A DNA stretch of 57,941 nt from an uncultured virus (IMG/VR IMGVR_UViG_3300031760_000011) (taxonomy: Duplodnaviria; Heunggongvirae; Uroviricota; Caudoviricetes), in IMG/VR virus record IMGVR_UViG_3300031760_000011; one strand, given 5' to 3'. The notes under the pieces are model-generated. The model was not told where the DNA came from and made no database searches. It saw only the letters and a program-made list of their open reading frames with translations. This document shows positions 29,238 through 38,415 of this stretch, piece after piece. The stretch's first letter is position 1. The number at the start of each line of letters is the position of its first letter. The translations under genes were made by a program, and so were the position numbers.

Positions 29238-30478
29238 ATAAATAACTCCTTAGATATGTCTCGTGCAGATACGACACATAAATATTTCTCAGCACGCGTT
29301 AAGCAAGTGTACATCCATTGACAGTATGGTTTACCGCCAGTAGATGTATAATCGTCAATAACGAGTACGCGTTTCCATTGTGAACCTTGACTTTTATGCC
29401 CAGAAATAGCATAACCATAATCCATGCCATTAACAGTAAGTGACAATCCATTTACTTGAACTTTTGGAGTTCCAAATGGGTCACCACTTGGAATCTGTTC
29501 TTCTTCTGGGAGATAATTATTCTCGAAATCATTAAGGAATACTGGAATCCGAATCGCTTTTGAAGTTCCGTCTGCTCTACACCAGAGTTGACCAACGTTA
29601 TTCTCAGCTACGCCTATTAACTCACTTTCGGAAACCAAGGTAGTTCCATTTACGAGATTATAAGCTCCGCAATTCTTGTCCATGAAGTTATCTCTAAAAT
29701 TATTGATTGTACAAATGAGCTTATCGCCATTCTGAGGCATATGGTCTTTAATACCAAGTATGCGTTCTCTAAATATACGATTGAGCATTCGTCGAGTTCT
29801 GTTTTTGTAGCACAGTATCTGGTCGTACATCATCATTTCGTTGATATCAAACGCATTGAACGACCGAACTACTTTTACGTCATCTTTATAAGCGTTCAAA
29901 TATGGAGAAATACCATTACGAACATCAGTAGCAATTTCAAGAATTGAAGAATCTTCCGACTGACGGTATACTTTCTCAAATACAACGTCAGGATTCGCCA
30001 ACCAGTGATTCGGTAATGCTTTTACTGGCGGAAGTTGACCGGGGTCACCTAGAGCGATGATTGGAATCTGGAACTTCTCCAAATCACAAGCCATCTCTTC
30101 AGGAACCATACCAATCTCATCTACACAGAGTAAAGCAACGTTTTCTCCGATAATTTTTTTGAGTGAATAAGTGAACTTATCTGTATCTTTAATACGTCTT
30201 GTGTTATAAATAAGATGATGAATAGTAAATGCTTGATGCCCTTTACTTCGAAGTACATTTGCAGCTTTGCCAGTGTAACAGCAATAAGCAACATTATGCT
30301 TCGGAATATTAAGTTTAGCCATGATAAATGATACGACTGAACTTTTACCACATCCAGCATAACCTTCAATTACAAATACGGGTTTACCTCCACCATATGT
30401 CGCTCTGAGATACCATTCACAACAGTCTTCGACGCATTTTTGCTGAACTGGGTCTAATTTTATTACGCCGTTTTGCAT
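29234..30478 (-). CDS. RecD/Dda-like SF1B DNA helicase
   Basis: Walker A GYAGCGKS, VDEIGMV, GDPGQLPPV, YRQ, HKSQGSQW and YTCLTRA. Confidence 0.92.
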   Translation of the reverse strand: MQNGVIKLDPVQQKCVEDCCEWYLRATYGGGKPVFVIEGYAGCGKSSVVSFIMAKLNIPKHNVAYCCYTGKAANVLRSKGHQAFTIHHLIYNTRRIKDTDKFTYSLKKIIGENVALLCVDEIGMVPEEMACDLEKFQIPIIALGDPGQLPPVKALPNHWLANPDVVFEKVYRQSEDSSILEIATDVRNGISPYLNAYKDDVKVVRSFNAFDINEMMMYDQILCYKNRTRRMLNRIFRERILGIKDHMPQNGDKLICTINNFRDNFMDKNCGAYNLVNGTTLVSESELIGVAENNVGQLWCRADGTSKAIRIPVFLNDFENNYLPEEEQIPSGDPFGTPKVQVNGLSLTVNGMDYGYAISGHKSQGSQWKRVLVIDDYTSTGGKPYCQWMYTCLTRAEKYLCVVSARDISKELFI

Positions 30479-30520
30479 ACGTTGTCTCCTTGGTTATATT
30501 GCATTTTTGAATAGAAAATA

Positions 30521-30546
30521 AGTTCCCACGCAAGTGCGTGGGAACT
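30521..30546 (-). terminator. Intrinsic terminator
   Basis: AGTTCCCACGC/GCGTGGGAACT stem, then TATTTT on the minus strand. Confidence 0.8.
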
Positions 30547-30552
30547 ATATAA

Positions 30553-31218
30553 TCACAGCGTTCTTCCGAATACTCTTTGGACGTAATCGTTAATTGCTTT
30601 CATAATCTGATTATGGATGTCTTCAGGAGTCTGGTCGGCGTTGATAATGACAACTTCAGGAGCAGATCCATTGTCATCTCTGAATCCGTCGAGAACTTCA
30701 GAATCACGAATCATCTGATGAAAGTTATCATACACGACCGTAAGCTTTTGCATATTCTCGTAGATGTCAATTTGGTCGCGCTTCTGAATACGTTTAATAG
30801 CAGCATCTGGTTTGATGTCGAGGAAAATAAAAAGACCAGCGTCTGGCATTTTCTTATTCATATAGAACGAAATCTTCTGGTCTTCTGAATAAGCCAATCC
30901 AGAATACTTGTAACGCCCAGTAATCATGAGCTTTTCTTTGATAGAATTATGAGAATTTACATGGTCTATAATCTGAGCGATGTGTTCGCTACGGTCTGCG
31001 AGCATCAAGTATTCAAGTGTGGATTTCGACTTAAACTCAATTTCGCCGTGCAAAACTTTACGAATGAAATCTCCAGTAGGGGTTCCATATACAGGTTCAG
31101 TCGTCGTATTGAATCCTTCTTTCTTAAGAAGATCAAGCTGGGTGTCTTTCCCACAACCATCAATACCTTCAATACAGACGATGTACATACCAACGTTCGT
31201 GACATTTACAGTACGCAT
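30553..31218 (-). CDS. tmk: Thymidylate kinase
   Basis: EGIDGCGK, TEP, ADRSEH, xRY..SGLAY and AIKRI. Start MRTVNV at 31218 with GGAGG RBS. Confidence 0.9.
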   Translation of the reverse strand: MRTVNVTNVGMYIVCIEGIDGCGKDTQLDLLKKEGFNTTTEPVYGTPTGDFIRKVLHGEIEFKSKSTLEYLMLADRSEHIAQIIDHVNSHNSIKEKLMITGRYKYSGLAYSEDQKISFYMNKKMPDAGLFIFLDIKPDAAIKRIQKRDQIDIYENMQKLTVVYDNFHQMIRDSEVLDGFRDDNGSAPEVVIINADQTPEDIHNQIMKAINDYVQRVFGRTL

Positions 31219-31238
31219 TTTTGCCTCCAAATAAAGAA

Positions 31239-31274
31239 TACTACGATGTTTTCAGGGATTTGAACAAGCGAATA
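31239..31274. promoter_or_regulatory. Back-to-back divergent AACA-N6-TA promoter motifs
   Basis: Minus strand AACA TCGTAG TA (31239-31250) and plus strand AACA AGCGAA TA (31263-31274). Confidence 0.75.
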
Positions 31275-31310
31275 ACTTTGAACATATCCTATCCATAGGG
31301 AGGAAATATT

Positions 31311-32945
31311 ATGAATGAGCTGTCACTTATCGGCAGCATCGCAAGAATCGCTGCTGGTGGTCTTAGCGATGATGGAGATGACATCATCTCCGCAATTCAG
31401 GGAATAAAAGACGTTAATAGTCCTAACTCCCTGTCAAAGAAAGCACGAAATGGAATCTATGAGTTTCCATTCCTCGTCTCTGGTAATATTGAGAATATCG
31501 AAAATATCGCCGTAGTAATCAAGGGTATGGAATGCGAGTATGCAAATATGCTCATGATTGCTATGGGAATCAATCCAACTGTTAAGCAATCTACAAACAT
31601 CGAGATTCAGAAGACTCTCTCGAAGTATCACACGAACGACAAAGACTGGTCTTTTGAAGCTGGAAACCTTGCTCATTGTGAAGTTGAAGGTAACCACATT
31701 GATGTGGTCTACGAATCGAGCATGTTTGATAAAGCGTATTGGAACTCAATGGGTAAAAAGGATACTTCGCCGGATGCAAAAAATCATCAGGCGAATGCTG
31801 ATTACCGTAGATTGTATCAGTACGCTAAGAAAAGCGGATTTACAAACTCAGACTTCGACGATATGCTCAAAAACTGCAATACATATGACGAATATTCGGC
31901 ATACGTCAATAAAGTTCTCGATGAACGCGACAAATCGTCATCTTCTTCTGGAAATGGAAGCAACGGTAATAGTGACGGAAACTCTAGTGGTAACGATAAA
32001 AATATCGGCGGCTATGGAAATATCATAGCAGATGAACTTCGCAAGAATCTCAAGAGTAAAGATACTCAGAGAATCAAAGAACTTGAGAAAAATAATGCGA
32101 ATCTTCAAAAGCAGAATGAAAAAGCTGCTTCTCAACTCAAGAAGTTTACCGATGAAGAACAAAGGCACGAACGTCACATGACAGGTGAAGATATGAACTA
32201 CGATGGTTCTATCAATAACCCGAAGGTTACAATGAATATGACGAAGTCTGAAAGCATTGTCAACCAGAAGTATCTTCAACTTTTCAACGCTACGGTTGTA
32301 TCAGTAAATATTCGCATGGGTACCGACAAGAATAGTGAGTATCGCTTGACAGTTGGTATCAAGGGTATTCCACATTTCGTTCCTTATGAAGAGCTAGTGT
32401 ACGTTCTTTCTTCATTCATGAATACACGTGTCGACACGCTTATCACACGTTTCATTCGTTGGCGTACTGGTGAGGTAAAAGGTCTTCACAATCTTTTCCT
32501 TCGCTACGACGAAATAAAACGCGACGCCGATTTTGACCGCCGTGTCGGAACTTCAAACTCATGGTTGAAAGTTCTCCGTTCACGCGGTAACAACCGTCGT
32601 TTTAATAAAATTGTGAATCTTTTCTCGAAAGCTCTTGGACATGGTTCACGTATGCGTGATATCTTGCCGAACTGTACGTTTGTGCTGTCGCTTTCAGACG
32701 TTGACCTTATTGAGAATGAGTGTGGTGTCAATATCTTCCAAAATCCTGAGAGTGCGTCAAAGCTTCTTGATGATTCAATGGGTCTTGGTTTGGTTATTAC
32801 CGATGACGTTCATAACGTTTATCACATCATGTACTCTGGCGAGTCTCGTTTTGCGACTTACCCACTCGGTGAGCTGCAGAAGTTTGCAAAAAATAAGGAC
32901 CATTCTGACATCACTATGGACCTTGCAAAGATTATGAAGAGATAA
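31311..32945 (+). CDS. Hypothetical protein, probable virion/head protein
   Basis: 544 aa, GGAGG RBS, S/G/N-rich linker and coiled coil; first gene of a three-gene operon. Function is inference. Confidence 0.6.
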   Translation: MNELSLIGSIARIAAGGLSDDGDDIISAIQGIKDVNSPNSLSKKARNGIYEFPFLVSGNIENIENIAVVIKGMECEYANMLMIAMGINPTVKQSTNIEIQKTLSKYHTNDKDWSFEAGNLAHCEVEGNHIDVVYESSMFDKAYWNSMGKKDTSPDAKNHQANADYRRLYQYAKKSGFTNSDFDDMLKNCNTYDEYSAYVNKVLDERDKSSSSSGNGSNGNSDGNSSGNDKNIGGYGNIIADELRKNLKSKDTQRIKELEKNNANLQKQNEKAASQLKKFTDEEQRHERHMTGEDMNYDGSINNPKVTMNMTKSESIVNQKYLQLFNATVVSVNIRMGTDKNSEYRLTVGIKGIPHFVPYEELVYVLSSFMNTRVDTLITRFIRWRTGEVKGLHNLFLRYDEIKRDADFDRRVGTSNSWLKVLRSRGNNRRFNKIVNLFSKALGHGSRMRDILPNCTFVLSLSDVDLIENECGVNIFQNPESASKLLDDSMGLGLVITDDVHNVYHIMYSGESRFATYPLGELQKFAKNKDHSDITMDLAKIMKR

Positions 32946-32955
32946 GGAGAACCAA

Positions 32956-34062
32956 ATGAACTTCAATAACAGAGAAACTCCTTTAGCTGCATTTCCGGGA
33001 CTTGGTTCCTCTGCAGCAACTGCTCTTCGTTGGGAAGATGGTCTTACACAGCTTCTCACTCACGAAGACTGTATGAGTAACTCGGTTTCTAATCTCAACG
33101 GAAAGTTTGAGATTGCTACCGAGTCTGCAAAATCATTTGTACTTAACAGACTCTATCAGGTTATCACTGACAAAATCAGTAAACTTGACGTTGAGTACAA
33201 AGAGATTCTTACGTCGAAAGGTGATTATACACGATACGTTCGCTTTAAGACTCTCGACGAGACAGTAAAAACGCTTACGGCTCTTATCAAAGAGTCTGAT
33301 ACTATTACTCGTCCATCAATCATTCAGTTGAACGAGGTCTTTACAGCGCACGCAAATCTCATTAAGAACGCTCCGATGTTTAAGAGTGCGTTCCGCTACG
33401 CTATTTCGAGCGTTGAGCAGTATTACTTGGCGATTGTATCGTCAATCATTTACGCTATCGGATTCATTATCAGCTCTATGGTAGATTACGAACGCAAAGA
33501 CGGAGCAGTCGATTACGACATCGTGTTTAAGAATCAGAATATCCTTGAGAAAGGACTTCCGAACTACATGATGTCTGTCATAAAGCAGTTTAACGTTGAC
33601 ATTAAGAACGGCTCTATCAAAGCTACGATTGAGCAGCAGAAGAATACGAGAATTACTAACGAATCTACGTGGCTTCTTGCTGGTGCAATTATTGCAGGTG
33701 TCATTGCACTTCCTGCATTTATCCGATACATCGTTTACTTTGTCATGCATACGAAGATTAAGCTTTCTGAGTATTTCGAAGCTCAGGCAGCTTTTATTGC
33801 GTTGAATGCAAGACGTCTTCGTCGTGCTGGTGGAGAGAAGAACGAAGAAATTGCTGCAAAGCAGGAAGAGTACGTAGAGCGTCTTCATCGCTTGTCTGGT
33901 ATGATGTCGAAAGATAAATACGAGACTGAGAAAATAGTTTCGAAAGAAATCGAAGCTGAAGACAAACAGATTACCAAAGAGGCTGACGCTGAAGAACAGC
34001 GTGCTGCATCGGAGGGGAGCCAGAGTAGCAGCACACTCGATGACTCTGATATCTTGCTGTGA
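32956..34062 (+). CDS. Hypothetical protein with one hydrophobic helix, probable virion protein
   Basis: 368 aa, AAGGAG RBS; IATES and ITNES motifs; WLLAGAIIAGVIALPAFI hydrophobic segment. Confidence 0.6.
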   Translation: MNFNNRETPLAAFPGLGSSAATALRWEDGLTQLLTHEDCMSNSVSNLNGKFEIATESAKSFVLNRLYQVITDKISKLDVEYKEILTSKGDYTRYVRFKTLDETVKTLTALIKESDTITRPSIIQLNEVFTAHANLIKNAPMFKSAFRYAISSVEQYYLAIVSSIIYAIGFIISSMVDYERKDGAVDYDIVFKNQNILEKGLPNYMMSVIKQFNVDIKNGSIKATIEQQKNTRITNESTWLLAGAIIAGVIALPAFIRYIVYFVMHTKIKLSEYFEAQAAFIALNARRLRRAGGEKNEEIAAKQEEYVERLHRLSGMMSKDKYETEKIVSKEIEAEDKQITKEADAEEQRAASEGSQSSSTLDDSDILL

Positions 34063-35084
34063 CTGTACCAAAATCAACATTTCAAGGATTCAAGAGCGAG
34101 CTGTATGATGCAAAAATGGCGTCGCTCTCTATGGATATCGTTACACTTCTTGATAAGGCGACTAAATCAATGTCTGCTATCAAGGGTGTAAAGACTGCAA
34201 TGGAGAATGGCTACGAGGTTCCAAACTACGTTCAGTTTGAAGCTGGTGAAGATTCATTCTGGGCTTCTGTGAAAGAAACTGTAGTTACCCTCCTCAAGAA
34301 GATTCGCGAGTTCTTCCGCATGTGTATGTACAAAATCCGTACATTCTTCATGGATGAGGATGTGAAGGATTTTGACAAGTACAAATACAAACTCCAGGCT
34401 GCGATGGCTAACGGACCGTGTGAAGAGAAAATTAATGCTCTCAAATGGAAAAATCCGAACACCATTGTGTCTGATTTGATTTCAGACATTCTAGTTGTGC
34501 AGGAGATTATCGACTCTATTTACGAGAACAGTATTCGTATCGTTCATGCACTTATGGACTCACAGTCCGAATGGGAAGGAATGTGTGATACTCGTAATAA
34601 GCTGAAGGATTGTCTCAATTCACTTGTAGATCATCTTTTTCAGCAGCTCAATATCGAAGATGCTCGTACTCACGACAAGTATGAGCCTTGGGAGATTCGG
34701 GAGTTTCTTAACAAGAAATATTTCGAAAACGGCGAAAAAGACCGCAAAGAGATTAAACTCAAAGACTTCATTATGTCTTACGACCTGTTTGAGAGTGCTT
34801 ACTCAAAAGAGTCGCTAAAAGGTATCAAGCGGGTTTGTGAGTTAATGGATAGCGGTTCAAATGAGTGTCAGGCAATTGTCGATACGCTCAATCGTTGGTC
34901 TACTCAAGGCTTTCAGAAAGTTACACAGGAAGCTCTCAATAAAGTACGTGATGAAATTACTTGGGATATTATCACAGTTTCTAAGCTTGCACATACTCTC
35001 GGGCAGGAATATTGGATTCTGTATTTTAACTTGAGAAATGATTTGCGACTGGCTTTGAGAACTTACACTAAAACAAGCAAATAA
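34059..35084 (+). CDS. Hypothetical protein, probable internal head protein
   Basis: 341 aa, GTG start overlapping the upstream stop. The amphipathic FWASVKETVVTLLKKIREFF after FEA resembles jumbo-phage head-protein patterns. Confidence 0.55.
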   Translation: MTVPKSTFQGFKSELYDAKMASLSMDIVTLLDKATKSMSAIKGVKTAMENGYEVPNYVQFEAGEDSFWASVKETVVTLLKKIREFFRMCMYKIRTFFMDEDVKDFDKYKYKLQAAMANGPCEEKINALKWKNPNTIVSDLISDILVVQEIIDSIYENSIRIVHALMDSQSEWEGMCDTRNKLKDCLNSLVDHLFQQLNIEDARTHDKYEPWEIREFLNKKYFENGEKDRKEIKLKDFIMSYDLFESAYSKESLKGIKRVCELMDSGSNECQAIVDTLNRWSTQGFQKVTQEALNKVRDEITWDIITVSKLAHTLGQEYWILYFNLRNDLRLALRTYTKTSK

Positions 35085-35314
35085 ATCAGTAGTGATGAGG
35101 TTTCAATCATACTCATAAAGTTCATAAGGTACTAAACCTTCTCAAGTGCATAGATGAGTCACTGAAGTAAACGGAGTTAAGACTGATATCGTTGTGTGGA
35201 TTGCTGCGCAGACACATAACACCATCTCCGCCAATGTGAGATGTAATCTGAAGAGAGGTAAATCTGTTGTCCACCTCAACGCAGAAACTTGGCAACACTT
35301 GTGGTTTCATAACT

Positions 35315-35336
35315 GTCGGGCGGATATCCGCCCGAC
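35315..35336. terminator. Palindromic (probably bidirectional) terminator
   Basis: Perfect 22-bp palindrome GTCGGGCGGATATCCGCCCGAC between convergent units. Confidence 0.8.
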
Positions 35337-35373
35337 TACTTTTGTTACGATACAGTTATGAAGAAATGTGAAA

Positions 35374-35889
35374 CTACTTTTTAGATTTCTTGGGTTTGCT
35401 TGGAGTATCAGCTTCGTCGTTCGCTTTCTTGCGTGCTGCAAGTTCATCGCTCATCTCTTTTGCGGTCATGCCAGAGTCTTTTGGCTTCTTCGGCATTGCA
35501 GTATGCACCTCGTTGATAATACGAACGACAATACCTGGAATGGCTTTCTGGTCGACTGGATTTTTCTGTCCGGGAACTTTCGGTGAGAAAACTTCGATAG
35601 ACATCGGGAGCAGATACTTCTGCGCAAACTCGAGGTAGAGCTTGTGACGAATATCTGGGTTAGTAACCCCACAGTAATTGATTGCTGTGAACCAGCGACC
35701 GTCGAACTGTTCAAGTGCCGTTCTCAGACGCTGCGACGAAAGCTTTTTTGCGAGAGTCTCTGCAACGTATCCAGAACCTTGGAGAATCTTCTTGTAATCC
35801 TCCGCAAGGTCCTTGAAGAAATCATCATGCTTCTTAGCCAACACGTTTTGGTTGGTTCCATACTTCTTTGCGTACTGCTTACCGTTCAT
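35374..35889 (-). CDS. Basic hypothetical protein
   Basis: 171 aa, AAGGAG RBS, K-rich C-terminus, TATATCAC box upstream (35913-35920). Confidence 0.75.
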   Translation of the reverse strand: MNGKQYAKKYGTNQNVLAKKHDDFFKDLAEDYKKILQGSGYVAETLAKKLSSQRLRTALEQFDGRWFTAINYCGVTNPDIRHKLYLEFAQKYLLPMSIEVFSPKVPGQKNPVDQKAIPGIVVRIINEVHTAMPKKPKDSGMTAKEMSDELAARKKANDEADTPSKPKKSKK

Positions 35890-35939
35890 ATGCGGTCTCC
35901 TTAAATTGTAGTGTGATATACTATTTTTTATACCATTTT

Positions 35940-35951
35940 AACAAATTACTA
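35940..35951 (+). promoter_or_regulatory. AACA-N6-TA promoter motif
   Basis: AACA AATTAC TA upstream of 35967. Confidence 0.7.
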
Positions 35952-35966
35952 AGTAAGGAGGCTCAA

Positions 35967-36896
35967 ATGTATAATGGCGGACCAAATTACGAACTTAAAA
36001 ACTCTGAGTATACTTCTGGATTGATGAAAGGTTGGGTGTTCAAAACTCAAGAAGAATTGTCAGAAGGAACCCATGTCGGTTTTTATATACCGAAGTTATT
36101 ACCGCTGCTTGACGTTACTTCTGGACCTGCGGATTCAGATGAATCTGTAGATAAAGGGATATTTGCAAACACAGTTACCGTTCCTTCGTCTGTTCATACA
36201 GCAAACTGGATTAAGGTTAAGTGGAATGGATATAGCAATATGTCTCAACCAGTAATAGCACTCGGTGAGAGTGCTCACATTTTCTGTTTTAATAACGATA
36301 TTAAGCAACCTCGGTATACTGAAAACTTTAATAATGAAGTTCGTAGAAAAACAGATAAAGTTAGATATTACGTTCATTCGAAAACCAACGACACTGACGA
36401 TGATGATTGCTACTATGTGGAGTTGAACTCTATTGACAATAAGATTCAGATTCACACATCAAAAGTAAAAGATGAAGCTCATTCATATGATATCATTATT
36501 GATACAGCAGCATCGACACTTGAAGCCAAAGACGATGAGAATAACATCATCGGTATTTATACTGAAGAAAAACGTGTTAAAGCTATCAACTCAACAGGTT
36601 CATTCTTTGATATTGTAGACGATTGTATTAATGGCCATTGTGATGCAGACTTTACTATCGACTGTGATAACTTCAAGGTGTCTGCAAAAACTGGAATTGA
36701 CTTGAATGGTAAATCTACTATCAAGCTCGAAACACAACAGCTTACAATGAAGGGTCAAACTATCGGTACTGAGGCTACGTCTGCTACATTCAAAGCTACA
36801 AGCACAATGATTGATTCTCCGATGACACAGTTTAGTGGAATCGCTCATGCTGTTGGAAAACCAATGATGGCTCTCGCATTTATTGCACCTGCATAA
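35967..36896 (+). CDS. Baseplate hub/central spike protein (gp5/gpV-like)
   Basis: Start MYNGG at 35967 with AAGGAGG RBS. OB-like N-terminus, then short beta-strand repeats typical of spike beta-helices; adjacent to a gp53-like gene. Confidence 0.65.
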   Translation: MYNGGPNYELKNSEYTSGLMKGWVFKTQEELSEGTHVGFYIPKLLPLLDVTSGPADSDESVDKGIFANTVTVPSSVHTANWIKVKWNGYSNMSQPVIALGESAHIFCFNNDIKQPRYTENFNNEVRRKTDKVRYYVHSKTNDTDDDDCYYVELNSIDNKIQIHTSKVKDEAHSYDIIIDTAASTLEAKDDENNIIGIYTEEKRVKAINSTGSFFDIVDDCINGHCDADFTIDCDNFKVSAKTGIDLNGKSTIKLETQQLTMKGQTIGTEATSATFKATSTMIDSPMTQFSGIAHAVGKPMMALAFIAPA

Positions 36897-36908
36897 TAGG
36901 AGGATATT

Positions 36909-37364
36909 GTGAGACAGAATGCAAATGGTAAGTGTAAGACAATAGATGATTTTGTTAGAATTGGGAAAACGAATTCAATTCAATGGCAAAACTCATCTTA
37001 TTACACTTCAGTAAACGGAATCGTTATGGAGGATTTTAATATCTTTAGAGATAGGTATTACTCTAAGCTCATGGGATACTTGGAAGACTACACTATGGAT
37101 TCTGAAAGATTTACAAACGAGTTCAAGTATAGACCGAAAGCTTTGAGCTATGAGCTGTATGGAACTATCGACTATTGGTATTTGCTGCTTATAGTGAATC
37201 AGATGTGTTCAGCTATGCAGTTTACCAAGAAAAAAATAAAAGTTATTTCCCAGAATGGAATAGCTTATATCAAAGCTGCAATGCTCAAAGAAGAGTCGAA
37301 ACTTGAAGAAAATAGGCTTCAAGTAAATATCGACTATAAAGAGCAATCGAAAAGTTATGCATAA
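36909..37364 (+). CDS. Baseplate wedge protein, T4 gp53-like
   Basis: YRPKALSYELYGTIDYWYLLLIVN matches the gp53/LysM-like signature. Confidence 0.75.
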   Translation: MRQNANGKCKTIDDFVRIGKTNSIQWQNSSYYTSVNGIVMEDFNIFRDRYYSKLMGYLEDYTMDSERFTNEFKYRPKALSYELYGTIDYWYLLLIVNQMCSAMQFTKKKIKVISQNGIAYIKAAMLKEESKLEENRLQVNIDYKEQSKSYA

Positions 37365-37368
37365 AATA

Positions 37369-37388
37369 TCCCCGGCGTTTGCCGGGGA
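37369..37388. terminator. Terminator between convergent genes
   Basis: TCCCCGGC/GCCGGGGA stem. Confidence 0.75.
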
Positions 37389-37394
37389 ATCCTT

Positions 37395-37556
37395 TTACAC
37401 ACGGCAGTCAATAATTTGAGGCAATCTTCTCAAAAAATAATCTTCGAGTTCTTTTAATCGTTGCTCTTGATTCTCACTCGATTGATACTCGTGTTTTTGA
37501 GCTAACTGTTTAAGAACTTCGATATCTGCACGAACTTGAGGGTCTTCTACTTGCAT
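37395..37556 (-). CDS. 53-aa microprotein, paralog B
   Basis: Not in ORF track. MQVEDPQVRADIEVLKQLAQKHEYQSSENQEQRLKELEDYFLRRLPQIIDCRV, with AAGGAG RBS. Confidence 0.85.
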   Translation of the reverse strand: MQVEDPQVRADIEVLKQLAQKHEYQSSENQEQRLKELEDYFLRRLPQIIDCRV

Positions 37557-37565
37557 AGTAACTCC

Positions 37566-37727
37566 TTAGACTCTACATTCTATAATCTGTTCTAGCCTAC
37601 GACGATACTCCTCAAGTTCCTTGATTCGTTCCTCGTGATCTTTGCCATTCTGAAGTTCATGCTTTTGCGCCAACTGTTTGAGTACCTCTACATCTGCACG
37701 TGCCTGAGGGTCTGTTCCAACTTCCAT
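37566..37727 (-). CDS. 53-aa microprotein, paralog A
   Basis: Not in ORF track. MEVGTDPQARADVEVLKQLAQKHELQNGKDHEERIKELEEYRRRLEQIIECRV, with AGGAGG RBS. Confidence 0.85.
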   Translation of the reverse strand: MEVGTDPQARADVEVLKQLAQKHELQNGKDHEERIKELEEYRRRLEQIIECRV

Positions 37728-37766
37728 AATAAATCCTCCTGTGTGATTTTAAGCTTGTTAAGCAAA

Positions 37767-37798
37767 AAATACAACCTCGCATATGCGAGGTTGTATTT
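37767..37798. terminator. Palindromic terminator
   Basis: Perfect 32-bp palindrome AAATACAACCTCGCATATGCGAGGTTGTATTT. Confidence 0.85.
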
Positions 37799-37817
37799 GT
37801 GAGCGCAGTAATTTACA

Positions 37818-38291
37818 CTACTCGTTCACTGGCTGCTCTTCAGCAGCATCGGTTTTGACATCTTTACCTTCCCAGTCGAGACCGGCTTCACGGCGTTTAT
37901 TTCGGAGAGTCTGCATGTGAAGGTCGCGGTCGAGACGGAGGTCTTCAGAGAACTTCTCGTCATCGTAGCAGTCCGCCGTGCGCTGGCGGAGATTCTCACG
38001 GCGGATCTTGTAGCTGAGTTTTGAGAACGCAATCATGCTCTCACCAAATTCGCCGTTGCAGTCATCGACGATATCCTTAAACATGGCCTTGTATTCCTTG
38101 ACCATACCGGGAAGACCTGCGATACCACCTTTAATCTCAGAGCAGAGCTCTTTGATTTCGTCAACAGAGATGTTGATTGTTCCTTCGAGATGATTTGGGG
38201 CAACCACGCGGTTCTCAGAGCGCTCGCCTTCTTTCTTCACGATGTTACGAGCGATAATTGAAGGGAATGTAGTGCTGAAATTGATAGTCAT
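37818..38291 (-). CDS. Hypothetical protein
   Basis: Start MTINFST at 38291 with AAGGAG RBS; 157 aa. Confidence 0.75.
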   Translation of the reverse strand: MTINFSTTFPSIIARNIVKKEGERSENRVVAPNHLEGTINISVDEIKELCSEIKGGIAGLPGMVKEYKAMFKDIVDDCNGEFGESMIAFSKLSYKIRRENLRQRTADCYDDEKFSEDLRLDRDLHMQTLRNKRREAGLDWEGKDVKTDAAEEQPVNE

Positions 38292-38415
38292 AATAGACTC
38301 CTTGCATACCGGAACATACAATTCCGGGCGTATCATTATGGGCTGATACTGCCAATATGAGGTCTGCACAAGCAGACATAGTCGGGGATTTCTTTTCCCT
38401 TTCTACACTTTGATT

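Noticed and set aside
33442..34080. Long antisense ORFs (for example 33442-34080, 47796-48368, 13707-14264)
   Set aside because: They are shadows of real genes on the opposite strand, without RBS or protein-like motifs.
35090..35190. TGATGAG / GATGAGTC...GAC words suggesting a hammerhead ribozyme
   Set aside because: The required CUGANGA and GAAA core is not present in the right arrangement.
35122..35310. 62-aa minus-strand ORF
   Set aside because: No RBS, and it starts immediately after a terminator hairpin; not supported as a gene.
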